A stretch of DNA of 64,000 bases from Nitrospinaceae bacterium (lineage in GTDB: Bacteria; Nitrospinota; Nitrospinia; Nitrospinales; Nitrospinaceae): the NCBI GenBank assembly GCA_965223665.1, contig OZ245011.1, positions 1,440,001 to 1,504,000 of the forward strand, in the 5' to 3' direction. Position numbers and translations under genes: made by a program. This document shows positions 1-10,426 of this stretch, one piece after another. The notes beneath the pieces were generated by a model, which saw only the letters and a program-made list of their open reading frames with translations, made no database searches and was not told the DNA's origin. Position 1 is the first letter of the stretch. Each line of letters starts with the position of its first letter.

Positions 1-1
1 C

Positions 2-775
2 CACCCTTTTGGGTATGGAATGGAAGTTTACTTTTGGAGTTTTGTGGTCGCGATTCTTATCTTCGGACTGGGTGCGGGGATTTCCATTTATGAAGGCATT
101 GTCAAAATCCAATCGCCTACTCCGGTCAGCAATCCGATGATCAACTACATCGTGATTGGAGTCGCCATTCTTTTTGAAGGCGCGGCGCTGGCGGTGGCCA
201 TTAAAGAGTTTCGCAAAGTGAAGGGAGATCGAGGTTGGTTGCAGGCGGTAAGAAGAAGCAAGGACCCGGCTGTGTTCACGGTGCTGTTTGAAGATTCTGC
301 CGCCTTACTGGGTCTCGTCATTGCCGGTGCCTGTATCTATTTCAGTGAACAGCTGAACATGCCCATTCTCGATGGCGTGGGTTCCATTTTAATCGGACTC
401 ATCCTTGCTGCCACGGCATCGTTACTGGCGTTCGAATGTAAAGGGTTACTCATTGGAGAAGCAGTCAGCAGGGATGTGCAGAGAGAAATTCGAGAAATCA
501 TTCTGAAAGAACCCAAAATCCTTCACATCAATGAAGTGTTGACGCTGCACTTTGGGCCAAAGGATGTGTTGCTGACCATCAGCCTGGATTTTGTCGACAA
601 AATTTCATCGGAAGATATTGAACAGTCTATTTCGCGAATGGAGTTTCAAATCAAAGAACGGTTTGAACAGGTGCGGCGTGTATTTATTGAAGTGCAAAGC
701 TGGCGGGGTCACCTGGTGGACAAAAACATGCACAAATCCAAAGAAGAAGAGGAAGACAAAGAGGAAAAAAAATAA
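2..775 (+). CDS. Cation diffusion facilitator (CDF) transporter, 5'-truncated by the window edge
   Basis: Frame is open from base 2 (HPFGYG-MEVYFWSF, a CDF motif). It has TM helices, FEDSAAL, and a C-terminal dimerisation domain (TLHFGP...RVFIE). Confidence 0.9.
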   Translation, partial: HPFGYGMEVYFWSFVVAILIFGLGAGISIYEGIVKIQSPTPVSNPMINYIVIGVAILFEGAALAVAIKEFRKVKGDRGWLQAVRRSKDPAVFTVLFEDSAALLGLVIAGACIYFSEQLNMPILDGVGSILIGLILAATASLLAFECKGLLIGEAVSRDVQREIREIILKEPKILHINEVLTLHFGPKDVLLTISLDFVDKISSEDIEQSISRMEFQIKERFEQVRRVFIEVQSWRGHLVDKNMHKSKEEEEDKEEKK

Positions 776-795
776 AAGGGTTTTTGTTTAAAGAC

Positions 796-2463
796 TCAAT
801 TCAGTTTCTTTAGGGGGCTGGGAACTTTAACCGTATTTAATTCCAAACACTTTTCAGTCATTTCTTTAACCTTGCGATCCATGCTCACAATGACCAACGT
901 CCAGGGGCATTCGTCTGAGCACAGGTCCTTGATCAATGGGTCTCTCAAGGGCCGTGGAAGTTTATGGAGCGCTCCATCCAATACTAAAAGCGAAGGTCGT
1001 CCCACAATCGCCCGTGCCACCAGAATTCTAAGCCGTTGACTTGGGGTAAAATATTTTCCACCCTCAATGACCCGCGTTTCTAAACCATCCGGAAACTTTT
1101 CCAGATCCAGGTGTGCCATGGTTAACGCCCATAACAAATCTCTGGTTTCAATATCCCTTCCCATTAAAATATTCTCGGCAATAGTTCCATCGAATAAATT
1201 AAGGTCTCTGGCAAACACAATTCCGCGCTGCGCATTTATCTGACGTGTGGATAAACTTTTTAAGTCAATCCCGTTGTACTTAATGATTCCCTGCGGAATG
1301 TTATCCAATCCTGCCAACGCCAAAGAGACACGCATACGAACCGATTCATTGGGACAGATCAAAGACCACTTCTCCCCAGGCATCGCTTCAAAATTAATAT
1401 TAGAAGGCACTCCCCTGCCGCCGGGCCAGTTTAAGTTGTGGCAACTCAAATGCAGACCCGGGCTCTCAGATTGAGGGACCACCAACCCGGATCCTTCTGC
1501 ATTTTTCTCCTGCGACAAAGCAAACATGTGATCCAGTTCGGTAAGCGCTGTAAAAAAATAAAACATGACATAAGTCCGCTTAACAACAGAATCCAGATTG
1601 AGAAGCAGACTGGCAACAATCACTTCCGCAGCAACCAGTTGACCCAGCGTTAATTGCCCCTGACTGAGCAGCCATCCCGCAGTTCCCAACAACCCGGTGT
1701 GCATCACCACCTGAAGGAAAAGCGATCCAATATATTGTCGAAGCAAAGAACTAAATCGATGTTTACGGGCTTCGACATAATTGGTGGCCAGGGTATCGGT
1801 TTTCTTCAGGATCAGGTTTCCGCAATTGGTGGCTTTAAAATGCAATAGATTGTCTGCCACTTCCTGCAGCCATTGGTAAGCATCGTATTTCGCCTCCGAC
1901 ATCAGAATCGTATTGCGAAATCCACCTTTACCCAACACGGCGATGATGATCACGGAAAACAGCAGGAAAATATCAAAGATGATAAAGTAAGGATGGTACA
2001 ACGCCAGCAAAACCATTCCAATAAACCCACCCACCAGCACGTTGGTCAAATCCACAAATAAGCTGGAAAGTGCCCGTTGGAGAAAAACCGTTTCAAAAAA
2101 CCGGCTCACAGAATCGGTGCGAAACGACTTTTCCACAAACCGAGGTAACGATTCGGCTAAAGCGAGAATCACCCGAACAAAGACACGTCTTTCCAGAATG
2201 TCGGTCGCGTAGAATTGCAGCACTCTGAAAATCCCGACGAGGAACAGCATGCCCGCCATAATTCCCACCAACGTGACCACCATAATGGGAGTGACCGCAA
2301 ACGCAAATGTGTTCACCAACTCTTGAACCGTAAACGGAATGATCAGGGAAAACAGCCCAACGGCAATCGCGTAGACAAATATAAAAAAGAAAAGCTTGCG
2401 CTCTTTATCTATAAAGTTTCCCAGGCGATCCAGGGTTTCTCTTAATGATGGGGGTTGATTCAT
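796..2463 (-). CDS. ABC exporter permease/ATPase (type I secretion-like) with a degenerate nucleotide-binding domain
   Basis: ABC TM domain (GQLTLGQLVAAE) plus NBD features (LFDGTIAENI, SQRLRILVARA, LLVLD). No intact Walker A. Confidence 0.85.
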   Translation of the reverse strand: MNQPPSLRETLDRLGNFIDKERKLFFFIFVYAIAVGLFSLIIPFTVQELVNTFAFAVTPIMVVTLVGIMAGMLFLVGIFRVLQFYATDILERRVFVRVILALAESLPRFVEKSFRTDSVSRFFETVFLQRALSSLFVDLTNVLVGGFIGMVLLALYHPYFIIFDIFLLFSVIIIAVLGKGGFRNTILMSEAKYDAYQWLQEVADNLLHFKATNCGNLILKKTDTLATNYVEARKHRFSSLLRQYIGSLFLQVVMHTGLLGTAGWLLSQGQLTLGQLVAAEVIVASLLLNLDSVVKRTYVMFYFFTALTELDHMFALSQEKNAEGSGLVVPQSESPGLHLSCHNLNWPGGRGVPSNINFEAMPGEKWSLICPNESVRMRVSLALAGLDNIPQGIIKYNGIDLKSLSTRQINAQRGIVFARDLNLFDGTIAENILMGRDIETRDLLWALTMAHLDLEKFPDGLETRVIEGGKYFTPSQRLRILVARAIVGRPSLLVLDGALHKLPRPLRDPLIKDLCSDECPWTLVIVSMDRKVKEMTEKCLELNTVKVPSPLKKLN

Positions 2464-2466
2464 AAT

Positions 2467-3975
2467 TTATTTTTTCTTTCCTTTGATGGGTGTAGGATCT
2501 TTAATAAACCCATAACCGTTCACCCACTTGCCGATGGCCCAATTGTAAAAAGCCAACGCTTTTTGATAATCGGCCATTCCGTAAATCCACGATTCATTCG
2601 CCTCAAGCACATTGCGCTCCCGAATATTCACCACCAGCAAATTAGATGCTCCCAAATTGAAACGGGTACGTTCTCCCTCTTCCAGTTGTCTCGCTAACTT
2701 CAAACCTTTATCTAATAACTCAATACGTTCCTCCGCACGAGCTACCGCCGAACGGGAATCTGCTACCTCCATTGCCACCTGCTTCTTTCGATAGTCTTTG
2801 AGAAGTCTTAAGCGTTCTGCCTTCCCTTTAATTTTCAGGATATCGCCTCGCGCCTGGCGCTGGAATATAGGAATGCTCACCTGAACTCCAAACCGATACC
2901 CAAGACCCAGCACAAACTCCCCCGGTTTTCGAGTGGGTTGTGCCTCCAGAGACAAATCCGGGAGCAAATTATTTTCGGCGACATCCAAATCAATGTTGTT
3001 GAACTGAGCCTCCAATTTGACCAGCTTAATCTCAGGGCGTGTCAAAGCGGCTTTTTGTTTTACAGACTCCAGATCGTGCGGCCATTTCTTCGATTCCATC
3101 GCAGGGAACGCAGGCACCTTGCGTTTTTCGGGAACCTTCACTTCATCGCCTTCCCACAAAAACAGAGCCAACTTGTACTTTTCTTCATCGACTTTCCGCT
3201 TGGCTTTAATGAGTTTGTCCATTCGCCATTGCACTTCCTGGCCGGCATCAATCGCATCGAATTCCGCCCGAGCTCCTTCTTTAACCTGTTTCGTAATTTG
3301 TTTCAGACGATCCTTCGCCACCTTGACCGACTTTTCCTGAACATCTTTTACTTTCCAGGCGGCCACCCAATTCCAGTATTGAGTCGCCGCTCCCAGATAC
3401 AAATCCTGCCGCGCCTGCTGTATTTCAAGATTCACCTGCTCTTTGGCCAGGGACGATTTTTTGATTTCTGCACTTTCCGGGTTGGTGATAAATCCGCGCA
3501 GCAGTGGAAACACAATTCCCAACAAAGGCTGATGCTTCGTGTCTATTGCCAGGTCCGCAACTTCTACATCTCCAATTCCAAAACGAAAACCGGCAAACCC
3601 TTTCACCCCTGAAGGATGACGCAACTCCACAAACGTATCATTAAAACCCACACTTTTCGTAGACCCATCCTTTACCAGACGTTCCAGTTCCCAATCGTTA
3701 ACAAGTTTCGGATCAAATTTTCCGAGCGCTTTCAGCACTCTTCCGCGGGCGAGCATCATATTGGCCTGGCTTCTCTTCAGAAGCGGATGCTGTTTTTCCA
3801 AACGCTCAAACACCGATTGCAGGGTCAGCAGGGAAGTGGGAGTTTCTTTCTCAAAAGGCTTGGTCACACTTTCTGCCCGCAGGGGAATTGCCAAAGCAAT
3901 CATAAACACCAGCAACGCAGTCCTGTGAAAATTTTTAGCCAAATGTAACCCTCCCTTTAAAATTGAAATCATCAT
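2467..3975 (-). CDS. TolC-family outer membrane efflux protein
   Basis: Signal peptide, RPEI..NLLPDLSL, GERTRFNLGASNLLVVNIRE; lies between HlyD and ABC genes. Confidence 0.9.
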   Translation of the reverse strand: MMISILKGGLHLAKNFHRTALLVFMIALAIPLRAESVTKPFEKETPTSLLTLQSVFERLEKQHPLLKRSQANMMLARGRVLKALGKFDPKLVNDWELERLVKDGSTKSVGFNDTFVELRHPSGVKGFAGFRFGIGDVEVADLAIDTKHQPLLGIVFPLLRGFITNPESAEIKKSSLAKEQVNLEIQQARQDLYLGAATQYWNWVAAWKVKDVQEKSVKVAKDRLKQITKQVKEGARAEFDAIDAGQEVQWRMDKLIKAKRKVDEEKYKLALFLWEGDEVKVPEKRKVPAFPAMESKKWPHDLESVKQKAALTRPEIKLVKLEAQFNNIDLDVAENNLLPDLSLEAQPTRKPGEFVLGLGYRFGVQVSIPIFQRQARGDILKIKGKAERLRLLKDYRKKQVAMEVADSRSAVARAEERIELLDKGLKLARQLEEGERTRFNLGASNLLVVNIRERNVLEANESWIYGMADYQKALAFYNWAIGKWVNGYGFIKDPTPIKGKKK

Positions 3976-3989
3976 GATGAAATTTGAAC

Positions 3990-5417
3990 TTATTTCCTCG
4001 GCCTTCCTGCTTTGGGTAAAAATAATTCCTTCAGGTTAATATCACCCGACTCATAATCCGCCGGGAACAAATTAAAACGACGCCAGATTTCATACCATAA
4101 CGGCACACGATTCAAAATCACCCAGCCGATGACTCGTGTGCCCTGCCGAACATTTTGCTGAGGCGGCCATTCCCGGCGTTTCGTATCGGGTGTGACCCAA
4201 AACCGAAACTGTCCATTCGTAGAAGCTGCCTGGTCCACCACCTGAATGGTTCCATCATAAGTCCCTGCCATAAACTCAGGCCAGGCCGGAAGCGGAATCG
4301 CGGGCACTCCGTTAAACAAAATTCGGACAGGACGACCCGGTTTTAAAAGAGGCGCATCGATGGCATTGCTCCACATTTCTATAGCCGGAGTCACCTGTTG
4401 CGGAACCAGTGTAAACAGTAAGTCTCCAGAATGTACAATTTCCCCCTGACCAATGGGCGAAATACGCACGATCTTTCCGTCGAACGGAGCAATCACCTGC
4501 CCGGCCTTTTGTCTTTCAAGTGCATTCGATCGGTTCAATTCCAGGTCGGCCAATTCCTTGGAGGCCTTGGCAAAATCACTGAGCGCGGTCACCCGCTTGG
4601 ACTTGGTATCCAGTAAACGTTGAATCAATTCCGCATCGATCTGTTCACTTTGGTGTGCCAGCGCACGACGACCCTCTTGCGCTTCATTCAATTTAGCCTG
4701 CACCGCTTTGACTTCTGCCTTCGCCTCTGTAACTGCCTGGATGGCGAGTTCCAGTTCACGCTGTGAAACTAATCCTTTTTCTCGAAGAGCACGCAACCGT
4801 TCCAGGTTGAGTTGCGCTGTCTCTAAATTTCCTTCGGCAGGAGCTAACCGTTGCTCGGCATTCAATACTTTATTATCGGCTTCGGACACACGGGCCTGGG
4901 CGGAAGAATTGGTCGCTTTGGCTAACGCTTCCATTTCTTTAATTCGTTGCGATAAAATTTCTGCCTGATCCTGGGCGGCCTTTTTTTGCTGTTCCAGCGC
5001 CTGCCGTGATTCGTCTAACCGGTGAATCAGATCCGGTGCCATAAACCTGGGATTAATGTCTCCCAAACTTAATATCAGATCATTCTTATTAACTTCATCC
5101 CCTTCATTCACATGCCAATTGACAATTTTCCCATTGATCTGAGCATGAATTTCCTGAGGTCGATCTTTAGGTAAATACGAAGAAAGCCGACCTTGAACCG
5201 TTATCGTCTGCGTCCACGGAACAAAGCTGACAGTGACCACCAGTAATATAAAAATTAAAAATGCCGTTCGGGACCAGGCTTTTAATCGGCGAGGAATTTT
5301 TACGGATTCTATAGAGCGCAGGCCAGAAGCATCTGGATTAAGAATAATAGAAAAAGGCCCGTTACCGTGGCCGGAATTGTTAGTTGTGGTGTTTTGGGTT
5401 AATTGAATGTCGGCCAT
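3990..5417 (-). CDS. HlyD-family membrane fusion protein
   Basis: TM helix, VPWTQT, lipoyl-like halves (IHAQINGKIVNWHVNEGDEV; IAPFDGKIV) and a coiled coil. Start placed at ATG 5417 rather than TTG 5450. Confidence 0.9.
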   Translation of the reverse strand: MADIQLTQNTTTNNSGHGNGPFSIILNPDASGLRSIESVKIPRRLKAWSRTAFLIFILLVVTVSFVPWTQTITVQGRLSSYLPKDRPQEIHAQINGKIVNWHVNEGDEVNKNDLILSLGDINPRFMAPDLIHRLDESRQALEQQKKAAQDQAEILSQRIKEMEALAKATNSSAQARVSEADNKVLNAEQRLAPAEGNLETAQLNLERLRALREKGLVSQRELELAIQAVTEAKAEVKAVQAKLNEAQEGRRALAHQSEQIDAELIQRLLDTKSKRVTALSDFAKASKELADLELNRSNALERQKAGQVIAPFDGKIVRISPIGQGEIVHSGDLLFTLVPQQVTPAIEMWSNAIDAPLLKPGRPVRILFNGVPAIPLPAWPEFMAGTYDGTIQVVDQAASTNGQFRFWVTPDTKRREWPPQQNVRQGTRVIGWVILNRVPLWYEIWRRFNLFPADYESGDINLKELFLPKAGRPRK

Positions 5418-5859
5418 AATTTTTCCGATCGTTTTCTGAGGTGAATGCAAAATTATTTAATGATTGCAGGAATCTTATATTAGAAAATTACAGCCTCGAA
5501 ACGCCGGTAACACCCAGTTTACCAAGCGCTAATTGTCTCATAAAGTAATATTTTTTATTTCTTTTGATTCAAACCAATTCCATAATTCCATATCCCATTT
5601 TTGATTTTACCATTCCATTGGAATCAACTCATCACTCCCAGAGGGACAAGACAAGATGCCGGTTATGATCCCAATGGAGATGGCAAGATCAGTATATATA
5701 AAATATCGAATCCGCAAGACTCTCCGGTACGAGTCCACGTGTTTCAATATTGTAAGTATAGACGGATTCCATCCATTTAAGTTCTTTGAATGTTTTAATA
5801 GGATAATTTAATAATATTAAACGGTTTAAATAGAAAATGAAAGGGATACTCCTAAAAAT

Positions 5860-6155
5860 CGAGTTGAGTTGTTTCTATATATATACCTGTCTTTAAAAGG
5901 CAATTACTGAGCAAGAATCGGATGGGAAGAAAGACAAAAAATATTAAATGAGAAATCGATGCGCTCCCTCTTTTTAAAGGAGACCTTTGCGTAAATCATT
6001 AAATTGGAAACCCCTGAAGGTGAATCCCCCTAACCCGCAGCGTGACGCTGCACTCAATCTTTGTCCTCGTGGGGTGGTTTACACTTTATTTCTCCACAGA
6101 AAATTGTAAATCCCATTTGCCTCCAACCGCTAGGTTGGAAAGAGGGAATACACTG
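5860..6155. repeat. Modular hairpin intergenic repeat cluster
   Basis: Contains TATATATAGAA, CTCCCTCTTT..AAAGG, GAATCCCCCTAACCC, the GCAGCGTGACGCTGC hairpin and CCAACCGCTAGGTTGG; all recur elsewhere in the window. Confidence 0.8.
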
Positions 6156-6308
6156 TTCTTAATAAACAATTTATTGTGTTCAGTTCAATAGTAATTGTTA
6201 CGTAAAGGTCTCTATAATGAATCCGGAGTGCGTGGATCGCAAGAATCGGATTGGAAAACGATTGGCTCTGGTTTAGAGTAAAGGTCTCAAGCATGGGGAG
6301 ACGATTCG

Positions 6309-7169
6309 ATGGCCTTGGCCGCATTGCAAAAACAATCGATAGATTATCAGCGCATTGAGCAGGCAATCCATAATTTAGAAGACTCGGCACTGGATCAACC
6401 GGATTTAAAAAAGCTTGCCGCAAGTTTGAACCTGAGCGAATATCATTTTCAAAGACTGTTCAGCCGTTGGGCCGGAGTCAGTCCGAAACGGTTTTTGCAA
6501 TTCCTCACTTTGGATTACGCCAAGTCCATTTTAAACCAGTCCAACAATTTACTGGACGTCACGTTGGAAACGGGACTCTCCAGTGTGAGCCGCCTGCATG
6601 ATCTGTTCGTTCAATGCGAATCCGTCACCCCTGGCGAATATAAAAATAACGGGCAAGGTTTGACCATTTCTTATGGCTTTCATCCGACTCCTTTTGGCGA
6701 GTGTCTGTTAGCAACAACTCATCGTGGAATATGCGGACTCACTTTTCTTCAACAGGGAAAGCGTCGTCCCGCACTGGACGACTTGAAACGTCGATGGCAT
6801 CAGTCCACTTTAAAAGAAGACGCACGCCAAACGGAAAAAGTTCTAAAAACCATTTTCAATAAAAATCCAAATCCGCAAAAGCCTTTGTACCTGTTTGTCA
6901 AAGGCACTAATTTTCAAATTAAAGTCTGGGAAGCTTTGGTGCGAATTCCGCAGGGCGCGTTGGTTTCTTATCAGAATGTGGCGCGCTCCATCGGGGCGCC
7001 TCAAGCCTCACGCGCCGTGGCCAATGCCGTGGCGCACAATCCCATTCAGTATGTCGTTCCCTGCCATCGTGTGATCCAAAGCATCGGAGCCTTTGGCGGC
7101 TATCAAGCGGGACCGAACAGAAAAAAAGCACTCCTCGCCTGGGAAGCTGCACAAGCGGAAACCGGGTAG
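6309..7169 (+). CDS. ada: AraC-HTH / methylated-DNA-protein-cysteine methyltransferase (Ada-like)
   Basis: LSEYHFQRLFSRWAGVSPKRF HTH, GTNFQIKVW and active-site PCHRV. Confidence 0.9.
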   Translation: MALAALQKQSIDYQRIEQAIHNLEDSALDQPDLKKLAASLNLSEYHFQRLFSRWAGVSPKRFLQFLTLDYAKSILNQSNNLLDVTLETGLSSVSRLHDLFVQCESVTPGEYKNNGQGLTISYGFHPTPFGECLLATTHRGICGLTFLQQGKRRPALDDLKRRWHQSTLKEDARQTEKVLKTIFNKNPNPQKPLYLFVKGTNFQIKVWEALVRIPQGALVSYQNVARSIGAPQASRAVANAVAHNPIQYVVPCHRVIQSIGAFGGYQAGPNRKKALLAWEAAQAETG

Positions 7170-7212
7170 AACTCAGCCAAGTGGAGTGACCTCTCGTTGA
7201 TCCCCCTAAGGG

Positions 7213-7345
7213 CAATCACCCCGACCGCGGCCCCCGGCCGCTGGGAAAATAAATTTTCGTAAGGTTATTTGCGGTCTTTTTATTGACTAACTTTTGAATA
7301 TCCCGGTTGCCTCCAACCGCCAGGTTGGAAAAGAGGGAGCACATC
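7213..7345 (+). repeat. Expanded hairpin repeat element
   Basis: CAATCACCCCGACCGCGGCCCCCGGCCGC...CCAACCGCCAGGTTGGAAAAGAGGGAGCACAT, closely similar to 24897-25028. Confidence 0.9.
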
Positions 7346-7447
7346 TGCTTCAAAATTTTATATTTTCTACTGAAGACCGGCTTTTAAATTGTTTCTGATG
7401 TAAATAACCAATTACCCAAAGTTATTTTAAGTAGAAATTAAGTGATC

Positions 7448-7855
7448 CTACGTAACCTTCACCACCGCTTCGCCTTCGATGACGATGGTTCCCTCCTGAT
7501 TAACGCAAGCGGTACGCAAAGTGATTATGGGTTTGTCATCGCGAATATGAGTGATCTTCACCATGGCGGTGATTTCATCGCCAATAAACACCGGCGCTTT
7601 AAACTTCAACGTTTGCCCTAAATATATCGAACCTTCTCCGGGAAGCTCCATGCCAATCAATCCCGAGAACATACTCGCCACCAACATGCCATGCGCAACG
7701 CGTTTTCCAAAGACAGTCGACCTTGCATAAACCGAGTCCAAATGAATCGGGTTGCTGTCTTTAGACATAATGGAAAACTCAACGACATCCGCTTCGGTAA
7801 ATATTTTGCTCATCGAAGCTTTATCACCCACCTTAAAATTCGTTTTCATTATCAA
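7448..7855 (-). CDS. MaoC/PhaJ-like (R)-enoyl-CoA hydratase
   Basis: DSNPIHLD...FGKRVAHGML and FKAPVFIGD hot-dog motifs. Confidence 0.9.
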   Translation of the reverse strand: MIMKTNFKVGDKASMSKIFTEADVVEFSIMSKDSNPIHLDSVYARSTVFGKRVAHGMLVASMFSGLIGMELPGEGSIYLGQTLKFKAPVFIGDEITAMVKITHIRDDKPIITLRTACVNQEGTIVIEGEAVVKVT

Positions 7856-7944
7856 GAATCCTTTAAATTGGAAAAAATTGTTTAATGTGGTAATACGTTA
7901 GAATCAAAATAGTCTTTATTTAGTCCTCATCCAGATGACGCTTT

Positions 7945-8742
7945 ATGAATTTTATCACTAAATGCAAAAAATATTTTCTATTCTTACTGCTTATTAAGAG
8001 TTTATATTTGGGAGGTTGTGCCGCCATCACAGACGTTCCACTCTTGACGAACAAAAACTCTGATCCACTAGATAATATGGAAGGGTATTATTATCTGCTG
8101 GATACCAATGGGAAAAAATCCAAACCTATTTTTTTTCAAATTCAAAAATTTCCAGAAGACGGAAAGAATTTATACAAAATTTTAGTAGCCAACCCAAAAG
8201 ATACCACCCTCTTAAGATTTAAAAAACTTAGTGGCAATTGGATATTATTGGAATCAAAGGAAAGTAATTTGGTTAATTCCAAATCCCGTTATTTAAGCTT
8301 CCTTGAATGGCAAGATAAAAAGGGAACCTTTTTTGTACCAAGTGACAAATTACCCACTGATTTGTTGAGTTCTTATCATAATCTGAATGGACATGTAAAA
8401 ATCAAAAGCAACTACCTTATTTTTGATGAAATCGCGGTTACAAAATATGAAAGAGAGATCCTTGGTTTTATACAGAGAGAATTCACTGAAAATAAGGATC
8501 GCTTGAAACCTGTCGCAGAAATGTTTGGATCTGATGAAAAGGCCACTATCAGCCACTGGTGCAAAGAACTAACAAAGATTTTTGACTCAAAAGAGTTTTC
8601 AGAAAACTCTCGGCAAACTCAAAAAATAAATTCCGCCATAGATAAATGCAAGCGAGCCGTTGAGCTGAATCCTGAATCCGCCGAACTAAAATCTCTTTAT
8701 GAAAAAGCTTTAGCAAAAAGGGACGCTACCCAAAAACAATGA
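7945..8742 (+). CDS. Hypothetical lipoprotein with a C-terminal TPR-like helix pair
   Basis: LGGC lipobox; AIDKCKRAVELNPESAE. Confidence 0.6.
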   Translation: MNFITKCKKYFLFLLLIKSLYLGGCAAITDVPLLTNKNSDPLDNMEGYYYLLDTNGKKSKPIFFQIQKFPEDGKNLYKILVANPKDTTLLRFKKLSGNWILLESKESNLVNSKSRYLSFLEWQDKKGTFFVPSDKLPTDLLSSYHNLNGHVKIKSNYLIFDEIAVTKYEREILGFIQREFTENKDRLKPVAEMFGSDEKATISHWCKELTKIFDSKEFSENSRQTQKINSAIDKCKRAVELNPESAELKSLYEKALAKRDATQKQ

Positions 8743-8949
8743 AAAGGAAACAATGACCTGCTCCCCGTTTCGTGTAAAGGTCGATGCATTTCCTCTTTTC
8801 CAAATTGATAATGGAATATTGCACGTGAAGGAGAGGAACACGTCATAAATAATGCCAACGGCTCCTCACACCTTCCATGCAAAAGAAGATCATCAATAAT
8901 CAGTTACGATCATCACTCGTTATAGAGCAATAAGAACGGGTTTTTGTCC

Positions 8950-9951
8950 TCATTGGACTTTCGTCAAAGTATTGATGCTGATATGAGGCCACTGCGCTCG
9001 TCCCGGAAGACCGTCAGCTCGAGGTATAAAGAAATCGAGCATAACCACTTGCGAATATTGCATCCTCAAACCAGGTTTACCCTGTTTATAATCGCCTTCC
9101 AATTCTTGAATCCAAAAAATCGATTTCATACTGACGGGTTCCGCCTGTTTAACGACAAAGGGTATATTCGAAATCCCGGCATCTTGACGGGTTGAATCCA
9201 CCGTAAGAATAGTGGTCTTCTTTATATCCACATTTTGATTCGCAAATCTCAGGATCTCATTCATATCGATGGGAGAAAATCCCGGAAACCCCGGAACGCC
9301 GACAACATTTCCCATAAAAGGTTCGTCTCGATAATGCTTGTACGGTTCTAAATAGATATCAGTATCCAGATCATCAAATCGACCGATGGGCAAACCGCTG
9401 ATCCGTGGAATTTCCGGAGCTCCGTCAATAACCTTCTGAGTTCCCAGCGCCAGAACCGAGTTGCCGTGCGGGATGGTGGCTAAGCGAGCGACTTCCAATA
9501 CTGCATCACCAGTAATATCTTTATCGGTCGTCCGCAGGTTCTTCATATAAAGCCATAACCCCGGCTCATGGTGAATCGCTAATCCGGCATCACCGGCTAA
9601 ACCGCTTTCAGGAAAATCATCCGCATTGGTTTGTTGAATGGTTTGTTGATAATCCAGCGTAGCCGCAAATTGATCGTCCTCACCGGAGTCGTCGATAATC
9701 CCGGCAAGACCTCGGTTGGGAACATTGTCATCCACAAAGGAAAACTTCAATTGCTCATCATACTGATTCATCAAAATTCGATATTTCGCCTTACCCGGAG
9801 GCGCATCATTAAAAGGCAACGCAATCATATTCCAACCGGTTCCCTCTCCTTTCCACTCTCCGGGAAGTTGGGCGAGAGGCCCTAAATCTTTTGCATCCTT
9901 TAAATCAACTGGGTCCTTACAAAATTTGCGAACAAGTTTTTTTAGTTTCAT
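8950..9951 (-). CDS. Conserved hypothetical, putative heme-binding beta-barrel protein
   Basis: LGPLAQLPGEWKG, IHHEPGLWL, RLATIPHGNS, QYSQVVMLDF and WPHISINTL recall a conserved family; function is recalled, not verified. Confidence 0.55.
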   Translation of the reverse strand: MKLKKLVRKFCKDPVDLKDAKDLGPLAQLPGEWKGEGTGWNMIALPFNDAPPGKAKYRILMNQYDEQLKFSFVDDNVPNRGLAGIIDDSGEDDQFAATLDYQQTIQQTNADDFPESGLAGDAGLAIHHEPGLWLYMKNLRTTDKDITGDAVLEVARLATIPHGNSVLALGTQKVIDGAPEIPRISGLPIGRFDDLDTDIYLEPYKHYRDEPFMGNVVGVPGFPGFSPIDMNEILRFANQNVDIKKTTILTVDSTRQDAGISNIPFVVKQAEPVSMKSIFWIQELEGDYKQGKPGLRMQYSQVVMLDFFIPRADGLPGRAQWPHISINTLTKVQ

Positions 9952-10426
9952 TGTTCCTCCCTCATTAATGAATGATTAATTGTATGAGCTGCCTTGGGGA
10001 GGCCCTAAAGCTTAAATAGGAAATTCGAAAACTCAGGGCAAACCATCAGCTTTCCGAACAAAATTCCATAACTCCATAACCCCTTCAAAACAAGTTCTTT
10101 AAAGTAATTTCGCTTTAAATAAGGTTTTTTTTGGTGCTAGAATGAATTCTTCCTGAGGAACTCAGGAATCTAATCTAACTTAGTTATGTTAAATTAATTC
10201 GATATACAAAATCTATCATACCGAACAAGGGATAGGAACACTTTTTTTGTGTAGGGGTTATTTTTCTACTCGCCGTGGCAGCCGGGGGCCGCGGTTTGAG
10301 GCAATGGGGGTTACCCAATTTGGACGGGTTCCTGTTTGATGGCCTATGATACAATAACTATACAATCCAACCCCATAGAAAACGGATTAAGTCCTTCAGC
10401 AAATTGATTCGAATAGGAGAGCTCGT

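Noticed and set aside
5601-5780. Short plus-strand ORF containing an EF-hand-like DPNGDGKIS
   Set aside because: Under 60 aa, no RBS, and the rest of the motif is unsupported.
10035-10060. CAGGGCAAACCATC resembling a c-di-GMP-I riboswitch start
   Set aside because: Lacks the GAAA loop and GACGCAAAG segment, and is on the opposite strand to the adjacent gene.
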